NCBI GenBank assembly: GCA_033855935.1
Contig: JAWVFN010000191.1
Coordinates: forward strand, 1 to 49,458
DNA from: Solirubrobacterales bacterium
GTDB taxonomy: Bacteria > Actinomycetota > Thermoleophilia > Solirubrobacterales > 70-9
Reading direction: 5' to 3'
Length of the DNA stretch: 49,458 nt
Below, piece by piece: positions 36,666 to 45,130 of the stretch. A model generated the notes under the pieces. The model saw only the letters and a list, made by a program, of their open reading frames with translations, made no database searches and was not told the origin of the DNA. Both the position numbers and the translations under genes were made by a program. Numbering within the stretch: position 1 is the first letter of the stretch; the number at the start of each line of letters is the position of its first letter.

Positions 36666-37001
36666 CTAGGCGGGGGCGAGCTCGCCGGCGTCACGAAGCG
36701 CGCGGCGAATCTTGCGCACCGTGGCCGAAGAGCACTGGGCGCGCTTGGCGACTTCGACCTCAGTGGCCTCGGGGTCGCGGCGCAGCTCGAACTCAATCAG
36801 TGCCTGCCGGCGTGGTGCCCAGCCCTCGGCGCCGTTCTTGGCCGCGGCCTGGTCCATGACCTCTTCGCGGCGACAGCGCAGGCAAAGCCAGTTGCGGCCG
36901 CTCTTGGCCCAGCCGGCGGGCTGCTTGGGGGTTGCGTCGGACGGATAGCTGACTTCCACTGCACATCCGCTACACGTCCAGCTGTTACGGCTACTACTCA
37001 T
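36666..37001 (-). CDS. small zinc-ribbon plus helix-turn-helix protein
   Basis: 111 aa from ATG 37001, with AAGGAG 12 nt upstream. WTCSGC...(26 aa)...LCLRC followed by EVAKRAQCSSATVRKIRRALRDAG. The rest of the 283-aa ORF upstream is treated as non-coding. Confidence 0.6.
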   Translation of the reverse strand: MSSSRNSWTCSGCAVEVSYPSDATPKQPAGWAKSGRNWLCLRCRREEVMDQAAAKNGAEGWAPRRQALIEFELRRDPEATEVEVAKRAQCSSATVRKIRRALRDAGELAPA

Positions 37002-37564
37002 CTGCTTCTTGGCTCCTTGTGCTCGTCGTTTCTTGGGCGCGGGCGTCGCGCCCGGCTCGCTCATTGTGCTTGTGTCGAACCGCTCAAAAAACGTGCCGAT
37101 GGGCGCGCTGCTGGCGGCGGCTCTAAGCTTGGTGTCGCGAAGGCTGCGGGTCAAGCGGGACTGCGCGAAACCGCTGCTATGGGCTGGTTTTTCCTCACAT
37201 TCAACGCACTTCCGTGAGCCAACCCGTAGATACAGGGTACCAAGGACTGCGGCTCGTCTTTTTTGAGGGCGTTCTGGCGGCAGATATCGTGCTTCTTCTT
37301 GCCTGAATCCGCCGAGAGCCCTGGGCGCCGGTGCCCGATCTGCGGCGCCCGCGTGCGGCGCACCGGGTTGCTGTGGTTGCTCGCCGGCGCCGGTCATCCG
37401 CGAGCCGAGGAGGGGCGCTGCCGCAACGGACACCATCTGAGGCGAATACACGGCACCGTTCGAGGCCCTTGGGAGCCCGCCGGAGACGAGAATTCGCGGC
37501 AATAGCGCTGAAATCAACCGGTCGGTAACCGTTCCTTATGTAGAGCCGTAAGAATCGTCCCGGC

Positions 37565-39034
37565 TTGGACACGACCCTCGACAGCATCGAGGGCTCCGGC
37601 GCGCGCGCGAGCTGGGGCCTGATCGTCGCCCTGACCATGCTGGTCGGCGCGCTGGCGCTGTGCTTCGATCGCGTACAGAACGGCGACCTCTTCCTGCAGC
37701 TCGCGAGCGGGCGCTTCATCGCCGACCACGGGCTCGTCAACACCGACCCGTTCCCGACCATCGCCCAGGGCGGCCAATGGCTGAACGAGCAATGGCTGAC
37801 CGAGCTCACCTTCTTCCACACCTTTGGCGAGATCGGCATGACCGGGTTGACCATCGTCTACGCGATTCTGCTGGCGCTGCCGCTCGGGCTGCTGCTCTGG
37901 CTCTGCCGAGCCAAGGGAACGCCGATGATGCTCGCGGTCGCCGCGCTCTACTTCCCCGGAGCCCTCGCGGTGATCCACCCCCGCGCCGCCGGGTTCTCGC
38001 TCGTCGCCTTCTCGGTCCTCGTCGTGCTGATCGCGAGTGCCTGGGGCGAACGGGTACCTGCGGCTGGGCGCCGGCGACAGTGGCTCGCGGTGCTCGCGAT
38101 CCTCGGCCTCTTCGCACTTTGGGCGAACCTCCACGGGGGCTTTCTCGCCGGCCTGCTGTTCATGGGCCTCGTCTGCGTCGGTGCCGCGATCGACCACTGG
38201 CGGGGCCTCCCCGGAGTCGCCAACATCACGCGCGTCGCGGCCCTCGCCGGCATCGGCTTCGTCGCGGTGGCGGTTGTCTCGATCTCGACCCCGCTCGGCG
38301 GTCAAATCTGGAACTACTTTCTGAGCTTCCGCACGGGCACGATCACGCTGGTGACGCAGGAGTGGGACTCGGTCTTCGTCTCTCCCAAGGCCGTTGCGTA
38401 CCTGATCATCGCCGTGGGGTTCGTCACCTGGACCTGGTTGCGCTCGGCTCGCCCCCGGCGAGCGACGACGCTGCTCGTCGCGATCGGATTCATCGCCTTC
38501 GCCGCGTACTCGCTGCGAAACATCCTCTTCGTCGGGCCGGCCCTGGCCTTCGTGGTCGCCTGGTCGGCGCCGAACCGGGCTCCTGCGCGACTGCACCTGG
38601 GCAAGGGTGTCGCCGTCGCCGCCGCGCTCGCGGCGGTCGGCGCGGTCGGAGTCTGGGCGACGATCCTCGGTCCGGCCAAGGCCTCGCCGCTTCTGCGCCC
38701 GAGCCTTGTCGACTACGCGCTCGCCCACCCGCCGAACAGCGGGCGAATCGCAAGCTACGCCGGCGTCAGCTCCTACATCCTCTGGCGTTCGCCGACGACC
38801 CCGGTCGTGCTCAACGGCTGGGTCGAGCACTTCACCGTGCCCGAGGTCTCCGGGGCTTACTCGCTCGTTCGCGGCTGGTCGCAGAAGCCGGGGCCGATCG
38901 CCGAGCGGCTCGAGGTCAGCGCGGTGATCGCTCATGAGCCGGCGGCGATCGACATCCTCGAAAGGCACGGCTTCGTCGCCGAGTTCAGCGCGCCCGAGGG
39001 GACCTACCTCGTCAAGCGCTCAGAAGCTTCCTGA
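37565..39034 (+). CDS. polytopic integral membrane protein (about 12 TM, GT-C-like guess)
   Basis: 489 aa, TTG start, with continuous hydrophobic segments and a C-terminal soluble region of about 120 aa. Function is not assignable by eye. Confidence 0.65.
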   Translation: MDTTLDSIEGSGARASWGLIVALTMLVGALALCFDRVQNGDLFLQLASGRFIADHGLVNTDPFPTIAQGGQWLNEQWLTELTFFHTFGEIGMTGLTIVYAILLALPLGLLLWLCRAKGTPMMLAVAALYFPGALAVIHPRAAGFSLVAFSVLVVLIASAWGERVPAAGRRRQWLAVLAILGLFALWANLHGGFLAGLLFMGLVCVGAAIDHWRGLPGVANITRVAALAGIGFVAVAVVSISTPLGGQIWNYFLSFRTGTITLVTQEWDSVFVSPKAVAYLIIAVGFVTWTWLRSARPRRATTLLVAIGFIAFAAYSLRNILFVGPALAFVVAWSAPNRAPARLHLGKGVAVAAALAAVGAVGVWATILGPAKASPLLRPSLVDYALAHPPNSGRIASYAGVSSYILWRSPTTPVVLNGWVEHFTVPEVSGAYSLVRGWSQKPGPIAERLEVSAVIAHEPAAIDILERHGFVAEFSAPEGTYLVKRSEAS

Positions 39035-39062
39035 GCCCCGCTCTAAGTATCGTCTCGAGGCG

Positions 39063-39995
39063 ATGAGCGAGCAGTTCTGCGACGTGGGGCGCGGCGTCAC
39101 CCTCTGTTACGAGACCTTCGGCGAGCGGGGCGACCCGCCGATCGTGCTGATCATGGGGCTGGCGACCCAGATGATCGCCTGGAACGACGAGTACTGCCGG
39201 TCGCTGGCCGAGCGGGGCTTCTACGTCGTTCGCTTCGACAACCGCGACATCGGCCACTCGACCCACTTCGAGTTCAGGGCGCCGACCACGCGCCAGCTCG
39301 TCCGCCGCCGCTTCGGCCCCGAGCAGTACGACCTCGGCGACATGGCCGAGGACACGCTGCAGCTGATCCGCGAGCTCGAGCTGGAGCCCGCACACGTCGT
39401 CGGCGCCTCGATGGGGGGCATGATCGCCCAGACCGTCGCGGCCCGGGACCCGGAGGCGGTGCGCTCGCTGACCTCGATCATGTCGACGACCGGAAGCCGC
39501 CGTGTCGGCAACCCCCACCGCCAGGTCTATCGCGGCTTCCTGGCCCAGAGGCCATCCGATCCCGAAGAGCTGATTGAGTTTGCGGTCCGGTTCTTTGCGC
39601 TGATCGGAACGCCGGCGCCAAACCAGGACCTCGAGCGGATCCGCGAGATGACCCGGCTCAGCGTCGAGCGCAGCCACGACCGCTGGGCCGGCGCCCGCCA
39701 GCTCGGCGCAATCCTCAAGTCGGGCAACCGGACGCGCGAGCTGCAGCGGATCACGGCGCCGACGCTGGTCATCCACGGCAACAAGGACAAGCTGATCAAC
39801 ATCTCGGGCGGTCGGGCCACGGCGAGGGCGATCAAGGGCTCGCGGTTCGTCGTCATCGACGGAATGGGCCACGACCTGCCCGTGGCGTTCTGGCCCCAGA
39901 TCCGCGACCTGATCGTCGAGCACGCGAAGGCCGCCGACGCCGGCGAAGAGCGCGATCTCGCGACGCCGGGCGTCGGCCAAGACGCTGGCGCCTAG
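39063..39995 (+). CDS. alpha/beta hydrolase
   Basis: ATG 39063. PIVLIMGL oxyanion region, nucleophile elbow VGASMGG, and C-terminal GMGHDLP with the catalytic His. Confidence 0.85.
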   Translation: MSEQFCDVGRGVTLCYETFGERGDPPIVLIMGLATQMIAWNDEYCRSLAERGFYVVRFDNRDIGHSTHFEFRAPTTRQLVRRRFGPEQYDLGDMAEDTLQLIRELELEPAHVVGASMGGMIAQTVAARDPEAVRSLTSIMSTTGSRRVGNPHRQVYRGFLAQRPSDPEELIEFAVRFFALIGTPAPNQDLERIREMTRLSVERSHDRWAGARQLGAILKSGNRTRELQRITAPTLVIHGNKDKLINISGGRATARAIKGSRFVVIDGMGHDLPVAFWPQIRDLIVEHAKAADAGEERDLATPGVGQDAGA

Positions 39996-40510
39996 TCGTC
40001 GTGCGGGCGGGGATCGGCCCCGTCGACGCTCCAGTGGCGCACCACCGACACCACCCGCACCTCGCCCTCGCCCGCTCGCAGGACGAAGCGGCTGATCCAG
40101 CGCTGGATGCCCTCGTGGTCTCCGTAGAGGACGTCGATCGGGATGTCGGCCCCGGCGTCGGCGCCCCGGATGAGTGGCTCGCGGATCTCGTCATCAGGCT
40201 CGCGGACTGCGGCTTGCCAGAAGCCCGTGTCACCGGGAGCGATATACAGGTCGCGACCCAGCATGCGGAATTCCTCGGGCGGCGCGTGGCCGATCGAGAG
40301 ATCCCCTCGGACCCAGTCGGTTCGCGTGTGCCAGCCGTGGATGACCCCGAGGCCAGATCCCACGTTGCGTATCGAAAGCGCCACGTAGACGTTGCCGTTG
40401 GCGAGGCGGACAATGCCGGCGGCGCCGGGAACGTCGAGGAACACGTCGTCGCTGAACCCGACCCGCTGCGTCGGGTCATCCGCGCGCGAGGGGACCAGCA
40501 CCGGGCGCAT
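39992..40510 (-). CDS. hypothetical protein (possibly membrane-anchored if N-terminally extended)
   Basis: 172 aa from ATG 40510. The same frame stays open upstream through a TM-like segment (AATAASFATAGGTLVLAAATFV) to CTG 40642, next to the SHOCT gene stop, so a non-ATG start is possible. Confidence 0.5.
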   Translation of the reverse strand: MRPVLVPSRADDPTQRVGFSDDVFLDVPGAAGIVRLANGNVYVALSIRNVGSGLGVIHGWHTRTDWVRGDLSIGHAPPEEFRMLGRDLYIAPGDTGFWQAAVREPDDEIREPLIRGADAGADIPIDVLYGDHEGIQRWISRFVLRAGEGEVRVVSVVRHWSVDGADPRPHDD

Positions 40511-40638
40511 CCCGATCAGCAGCGACTTCTCCGCGATCCGCGCAGAGCGGTTCGAGGATCTGGTCGAGACAAATGTGGCCGCGGCGAGGACCAGGGTCCC
40601 GCCGGCCGTCGCAAATGAAGCGGCGGTGGCGGCGTCGA

Positions 40639-41211
40639 TCAGGAGCCTCCGAGGATCTTCGCCTTCTCCGCCTCGAACTCGGCGTCGGTGAGGGCGCCCT
40701 TCTCCTTCAGCGACTGGAGCTTCTCGAGCTGGGCGACCGGGTCGGCGGCAGCCGGCGCTGCGGCGGGCGGCTGCGGGGCGCCGGGGAATTGGCCGGCCTG
40801 CAACGCAGCTCCCTGCTGCTGCCACTGCTGGGCGGCCTTCATCGCGTCCTGGATCGTGTTCGGATCGAGGCCGGCGCCGGCGAGCGCCGCGCCCTGGACC
40901 GCGTCGGGAGACTCGTCGAGGATCAGTTTGCCGTGGTCTTCGGGGTCGTAGATCACGGCCACCGTCTGGCCCGCCGTGGGCACTGCGAACTGCGAGAAGC
41001 GGAAGCGCTCGGTGATCTGGAACGCCGGTGTCCCGTCCTCGGGCGTGATCTCGAGCTTGCACTTGAGCGCCAGGGTGGTGTTGGCGACCACTCCCTCGGC
41101 ACCGCTGGTCACCGCCATTCCCTTCTCGGCTACTTCCAGGACCTTGGCCTGGGCGTGAACGCCGTTCTCCTCAAGATGCTTCCTCAGACGCTTTGACGGC
41201 TTGCCGAGCAT
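40639..41211 (-). CDS. SHOCT-domain protein with N-terminal DUF3592-like beta domain
   Basis: ATG 41211 lies 5 nt after GGAG. The C-terminal LEKLQSLKEKGALTDAEFEAEKAKILG is a SHOCT motif, preceded by a Gln/Ala/Pro linker. Confidence 0.7.
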   Translation of the reverse strand: MLGKPSKRLRKHLEENGVHAQAKVLEVAEKGMAVTSGAEGVVANTTLALKCKLEITPEDGTPAFQITERFRFSQFAVPTAGQTVAVIYDPEDHGKLILDESPDAVQGAALAGAGLDPNTIQDAMKAAQQWQQQGAALQAGQFPGAPQPPAAAPAAADPVAQLEKLQSLKEKGALTDAEFEAEKAKILGGS

Positions 41212-41986
41212 GGGAACTCCTTGTCGAGGGCTGGGGTCCCAGCGTAGCGGCGATCACCTTGCGCGAGCGCCCGGCGATGAACCAGTCGATCAGGCGGCGG
41301 GGGAGGTGGCGGAGGAGGAAGTAGCCGACGCCACCCCTGCGGGTGGTCGCCAGGTCGCGCACCGGCGCGCCGAGCGAGGCGCGGACCAGGGTGCGGGCGG
41401 CGTCAGAGACGCGCTCGGCGGGGACGGCGCCGTCGAGGCTCAGTCCCTGCTCGGCGGCGGCGTCGTGGATCGGGGTGCGGATGTAACCGGGATAGACGGT
41501 CGTGACCGAGATCGCGTCGCCGTGCTCGATTCGCAGCGAATCCGAATAGGCGGTCAGCCCGCGCTTTGCCATGCAATAGGCGGGCGCCATCGGGACCGCC
41601 ATGTAGGCGAGGCCGGAGGCGACATTGACGACGCGGCCGTGCGAAGCGCGCAGAGCGGGGAGCGCCGCGGCGGTCACCCGCCAGGGGCCGAGGAGGTTGA
41701 CGTCGATCACGGCGTCGGCCGAGGCATCGGGCCTCTCGCCGGAGGCCTGCGGCAGGCCGATACCGGCATTGTTGATCAGGACGTCGAGGCCGCCGAGGCG
41801 CTCGACTGCCTCCGCCACGGCGGCGTCGACCGAAGCCTGGCTGCGAACGTCGCAGGCGACCACGCCGCCTTCGGCGTCCGGCAGGAGGTCGAGCCCGAGG
41901 ACCTCAGCCCCGGTGGCGCGGAGTTGGTCAACCGTCGCCGAGCCGATTCCTCCGGCGGCCCCGGTGATCAGAACACGGGGGCTCAC
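41171..41986 (-). CDS. short-chain dehydrogenase/reductase
   Basis: ITGAAGGIG, NNAG and YCMAK. The start overlaps the BVMO stop by 4 nt. Confidence 0.85.
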   Translation of the reverse strand: MSPRVLITGAAGGIGSATVDQLRATGAEVLGLDLLPDAEGGVVACDVRSQASVDAAVAEAVERLGGLDVLINNAGIGLPQASGERPDASADAVIDVNLLGPWRVTAAALPALRASHGRVVNVASGLAYMAVPMAPAYCMAKRGLTAYSDSLRIEHGDAISVTTVYPGYIRTPIHDAAAEQGLSLDGAVPAERVSDAARTLVRASLGAPVRDLATTRRGGVGYFLLRHLPRRLIDWFIAGRSRKVIAATLGPQPSTRSSHARQAVKASEEAS

Positions 41987-43518
41987 GCCGCCACCTCATC
42001 CACCGCCGCCTCCTCCGCTTCGCGTCCGGGGGCGGCGGGGGAGGGCTCTCCATGAATGGCCCTTATCGGCGTTGCCTGGTATGCGGCAAGGTCGAACTCG
42101 CGGAGCTTGCGGTGGAGGCGAAAACTGAAATCGGGCCACAGCGTCGTGTTGCGGCCGCTCGCGTCGCGGTACCAGCTCGCGCATTCGCCCTCGGCCCAGA
42201 CCGTGCCGTCGAAGCCCGCCTGGACCTCGGCGTTGTACGCCGCCTGCGCCTCGGGCCGCGGCTCGACCGTGGCGATTCCGCCCGCGCGCATCTGGCGGAG
42301 CGCGTCGATCGCGTAGTCGGCCTGGGCCTCGGAGACGGCGACGACCGAGTTCGAGCCGAGGCCGGTGTTGGGCCCGAGCAGGAAGAACATGTTGGGGAAA
42401 CCGGCGACGGTGGTGCCGCGGTAGGCCGCCATGCTGCCGTGCCAGCGCTCGGCGAGGCTGCGGCCGTCGGCGCCGCGAACGTGCTCGGCCACCGGCGGGT
42501 CGGTGACGTGGAAGCCGGTGCCCCAGATGATCGCGTCGACCTCGCGCTCGACCCCCTCGGCATCGACGATCGAGTGGGCGCGGATCTCGGCGATGCCGTC
42601 GGTGACGACCTCGGCGTTGTCGGCGGCGAGCGCCGGGTAGTAGGTGTTCGACATCAGCATCCGCTTGCAGCCCGGGACGAAGCGGGGGGTGACCTTGCGG
42701 CGCAGCTCGCGGTCCTTGACCTGGAGGTGGATGTGCGCGAGCGCGGCCTTGCGCATGATCTCGGCCAGCGGCCGGCGGATGAACATCACCGTGCGCGCCT
42801 CCCAGGTCCAGAAGATGAAGCGGCGAACCGCCTGCTGAGCTGCTGGGAGGCGGCGGAAGAGCCTCTTCTCGATGCGGGTGAGCTTGCGGTCGTTGCGGCG
42901 GGTGATCCAGGGCGGCGTGCGCTGGAACAGGTGCAGCTTGCCGACCTTCGGCTGGATCTCGGGGACGAACTGGATCGCCGAAGCGCCGGTGCCGACGACC
43001 GCAACCCGCTTGCCCTCGAGCTCGAAGTCGTGGTCCCAATTGGCCGAGTGGAAGCTGGTGCCCTCGAAGCTCTCGAGGCCGGGAAGCTCGGGAATCGACG
43101 GCGTGGAGAAGGGCCCGGCGGCGGCGACCAGGACGCGAGCGCTGACCGTGCCCTTCACGGTCTCGATCCGCCAGCGCTGCTCGCCGGCGTCCCAGGCGGC
43201 GTCTTTCACCTCGGTGCCGAAGCGGATGTGGGGGGCGATCCCGTGGTCTGAGGCGACCCGCTGCAGGTAGGCGAAGATCTCGGACTGGGTCGAGAAGACG
43301 GCCGACCAGTCGGGGTTCGGGGCGAAGGACAGCGAGTAGACGTGGCTGGGCACGTCGCAGGCGGCGCCGGGGTAGGTGTTGTCGCGCCAGGTGCCGCCGA
43401 CGTCGTCGCCCTTCTCGAGGACGAGGAAGTCGGTCGTGCCCTCGTCGAGCAACCGCTTGGCCATCGCCAGGCCGCCGAAGCCGGCTCCGATGATCGCCAC
43501 GTCCGTCCGCTGTTCCAT
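41983..43518 (-). CDS. Baeyer-Villiger type flavin monooxygenase (EthA-like)
   Basis: GAGFGG FAD motif, DVGGTWRDNTYPG, BVMO fingerprint FEGTSFHSANWD (FxGxxxHxxxW), and second Rossmann motif VVGTGASA. Confidence 0.88.
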   Translation of the reverse strand: MEQRTDVAIIGAGFGGLAMAKRLLDEGTTDFLVLEKGDDVGGTWRDNTYPGAACDVPSHVYSLSFAPNPDWSAVFSTQSEIFAYLQRVASDHGIAPHIRFGTEVKDAAWDAGEQRWRIETVKGTVSARVLVAAAGPFSTPSIPELPGLESFEGTSFHSANWDHDFELEGKRVAVVGTGASAIQFVPEIQPKVGKLHLFQRTPPWITRRNDRKLTRIEKRLFRRLPAAQQAVRRFIFWTWEARTVMFIRRPLAEIMRKAALAHIHLQVKDRELRRKVTPRFVPGCKRMLMSNTYYPALAADNAEVVTDGIAEIRAHSIVDAEGVEREVDAIIWGTGFHVTDPPVAEHVRGADGRSLAERWHGSMAAYRGTTVAGFPNMFFLLGPNTGLGSNSVVAVSEAQADYAIDALRQMRAGGIATVEPRPEAQAAYNAEVQAGFDGTVWAEGECASWYRDASGRNTTLWPDFSFRLHRKLREFDLAAYQATPIRAIHGEPSPAAPGREAEEAAVDEVAA

Positions 43519-43552
43519 GCTGTTGTCTCCTCGTCTTGGCCGGGAAAAGCTT

Positions 43553-43570
43553 AGTTACGCTGCTGTAACT
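43553..43570. promoter_or_regulatory. inverted repeat AGTTAC-N6-GTAACT between the BVMO and TetR genes
   Basis: Perfect 6-bp arms centred in the 72-nt divergent intergenic region. Candidate EthR-like operator. Confidence 0.45.
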
Positions 43571-43590
43571 TACACAACTGTAGCATCGGA

Positions 43591-44214
43591 ATGGGTGTGA
43601 TGTCCGCAACAGACCAAAAGACCTCCAAGGCGACCCGGATGAGCGCTCCCGAGCGCCGCGAGCAGCTGCTCGACGCGACCCGCGAGATCGCCGCCGAACG
43701 CGGCTTCCACGAGATCTCGATCGACGCCGTCGCCAAACGCGCCGGCATCACCCGACCAGTCGTCTACGGCCACTTCGGCGACCTCGAGGGCCTGCTCGAG
43801 GCGCTTGTCGATCGCGAGGGCGAACGGGCAGTGGGGCAGCTCGCGGCGATCCTCCCCGACAACTTCCCCAGCGGCGACCGCGTCGAGTCGCTGTTGACCG
43901 CCCTTCGCGGATACCTCGAGGCGGTCAGTGCCGAGCCCGTCACCTGGAGGCTCGTGTTGATGCCCTCCGAGGGCGCCCCCGAGGTCCTCCGCCAGCGGAT
44001 CGCGACGGGCCGAGCCGCGGTGCTGAGTCAGCTCGCCGTCGCGATGTCCCCCGGCTTCGGTCCCGGACGCGAGTCTCCCGACCCGGAGCTGACGGCCCGG
44101 ACCGTCTCCGAATACGCCGATGCCTTGGCTCGCCTCGTCCTCACCGAGCCCAAGACCTATCCGGTCGAGCGCCTCGTCGACCACACGCGCTGGCTCCTGG
44201 ACCAAGCCGGCTGA
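43591..44214 (+). CDS. TetR family regulator (EthR-like position)
   Basis: HTH ISIDAVAKRAGITRPVVYGHFGDLEGLL, divergent from the BVMO. The start could be M17 at 43639. Confidence 0.85.
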   Translation: MGVMSATDQKTSKATRMSAPERREQLLDATREIAAERGFHEISIDAVAKRAGITRPVVYGHFGDLEGLLEALVDREGERAVGQLAAILPDNFPSGDRVESLLTALRGYLEAVSAEPVTWRLVLMPSEGAPEVLRQRIATGRAAVLSQLAVAMSPGFGPGRESPDPELTARTVSEYADALARLVLTEPKTYPVERLVDHTRWLLDQAG

Positions 44215-44239
44215 TAACGGCCATTCACGGAGAGCCCCG

Positions 44240-45010
44240 TCACTTCTTGTAGCGGGCGAGCTGCTTGCCGAAGGCGTCTTCGACCGCGGTGCCGAGGCGC
44301 AAGGTGAGGACGGTCTTGACCGCCTCGTGCGCGATGGGACGGAGGGCTTCGATCGTTTCGATCACCTGCGGCCACTGATCCTCGGGCATGCCGGCGGCCT
44401 CGAACGGCTTCCAGACCTCGTCTAGGAACAGGTTGACGAAGCGCTTCGAGACCGCGTCGCAGTGGCGGACGATCGAGTCGAGCACCTCCAGGGCGGCGGG
44501 TAGCGGTATGCCTCGGCTGACGACATCCCGAGCGACGTCGAGCAGAGCTGGGCTCGGCGCTTCGAAGCGGTCGTCGCCGGTCGGGACCAGGGCGCCGAGC
44601 TTGACCGCCTTCTCCGTGGTGGCCTCCTCATCTTCGGGCGCGGTTCCGAAGAGCTCGCGGAGCTCGTCGCGGGTAAAGACCTGAGGGCTCTCGCTCGGCT
44701 CGAAGTCGGTGACGTACTGCTTCATGTCGAGCAGGCGCTCGGCCGGGCTGCCGGTCTGCTCGAGCAGGCGCTTGATGCCCTTGAGATTGAAGCCCTCGGC
44801 CTGGAGCTCCTTGATCACCTTCAGCCGGTCGATGTGCTCGTCGCCGTAGTAGCCGGTGCGCTGGCGGACTTCGGGAGGGGGGAGCAGCCCGCGACTCGCG
44901 TGGTCGCGGATGTTGCGGACCGACATGCCCGACCTCCGCGCCAGCTCGTCGATCGTCAGCTGGGTCGCCTCGGGAGCGTTTTGGGCGGTTTTTGCGCTCG
45001 AATCGGGCAT
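44240..45010 (-). CDS. MerR family transcriptional regulator with long C-terminal domain
   Basis: LTIDELARRSGMSVRNIRDHASRGLLPPP...YYGDEHIDRLKVIKELQAEGFNLKGIKRLL. Confidence 0.85.
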   Translation of the reverse strand: MPDSSAKTAQNAPEATQLTIDELARRSGMSVRNIRDHASRGLLPPPEVRQRTGYYGDEHIDRLKVIKELQAEGFNLKGIKRLLEQTGSPAERLLDMKQYVTDFEPSESPQVFTRDELRELFGTAPEDEEATTEKAVKLGALVPTGDDRFEAPSPALLDVARDVVSRGIPLPAALEVLDSIVRHCDAVSKRFVNLFLDEVWKPFEAAGMPEDQWPQVIETIEALRPIAHEAVKTVLTLRLGTAVEDAFGKQLARYKK

Positions 45011-45017
45011 GGGGGGA

Positions 45018-45036
45018 ACGATACATCGACTATCGT
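45018..45036. promoter_or_regulatory. inverted repeat ACGATA-N7-TATCGT just upstream of the MerR gene
   Basis: Perfect 6-bp arms, 8 nt upstream of the MerR ATG, in the divergent region shared with the membrane protein gene. Confidence 0.35.
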
Positions 45037-45130
45037 GACGCCAAATGACGTAACATCATCTGGCGAAACGGGTATTGCCGTTTTGAATCCTCGGAAGCGA
45101 GCAATACAGAGAGATACAGAGAGGAGCGGC

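Noticed and set aside
37263-37505. 80-aa ORF containing a CPICG string in the long intergenic region
   Set aside because: A single CxxC in an Arg-rich frame with poor codon bias is more likely chance.
36666-37517. Full 283-aa ORF upstream of the zinc-ribbon/HTH protein
   Set aside because: The N-terminal 170 residues are low-complexity shadow-like sequence in a lower-GC stretch. An ATG with an AAGGAG RBS at 37001 gives a compact 111-aa protein.
37440-37564. Possible riboswitch (a cyclic-di-AMP/ydaO-like idea from AGCGCTGAAATC) upstream of the polytopic membrane protein gene
   Set aside because: I could not reconstruct the conserved pseudo-symmetric helices or core motifs by eye. This needs a covariance-model scan.
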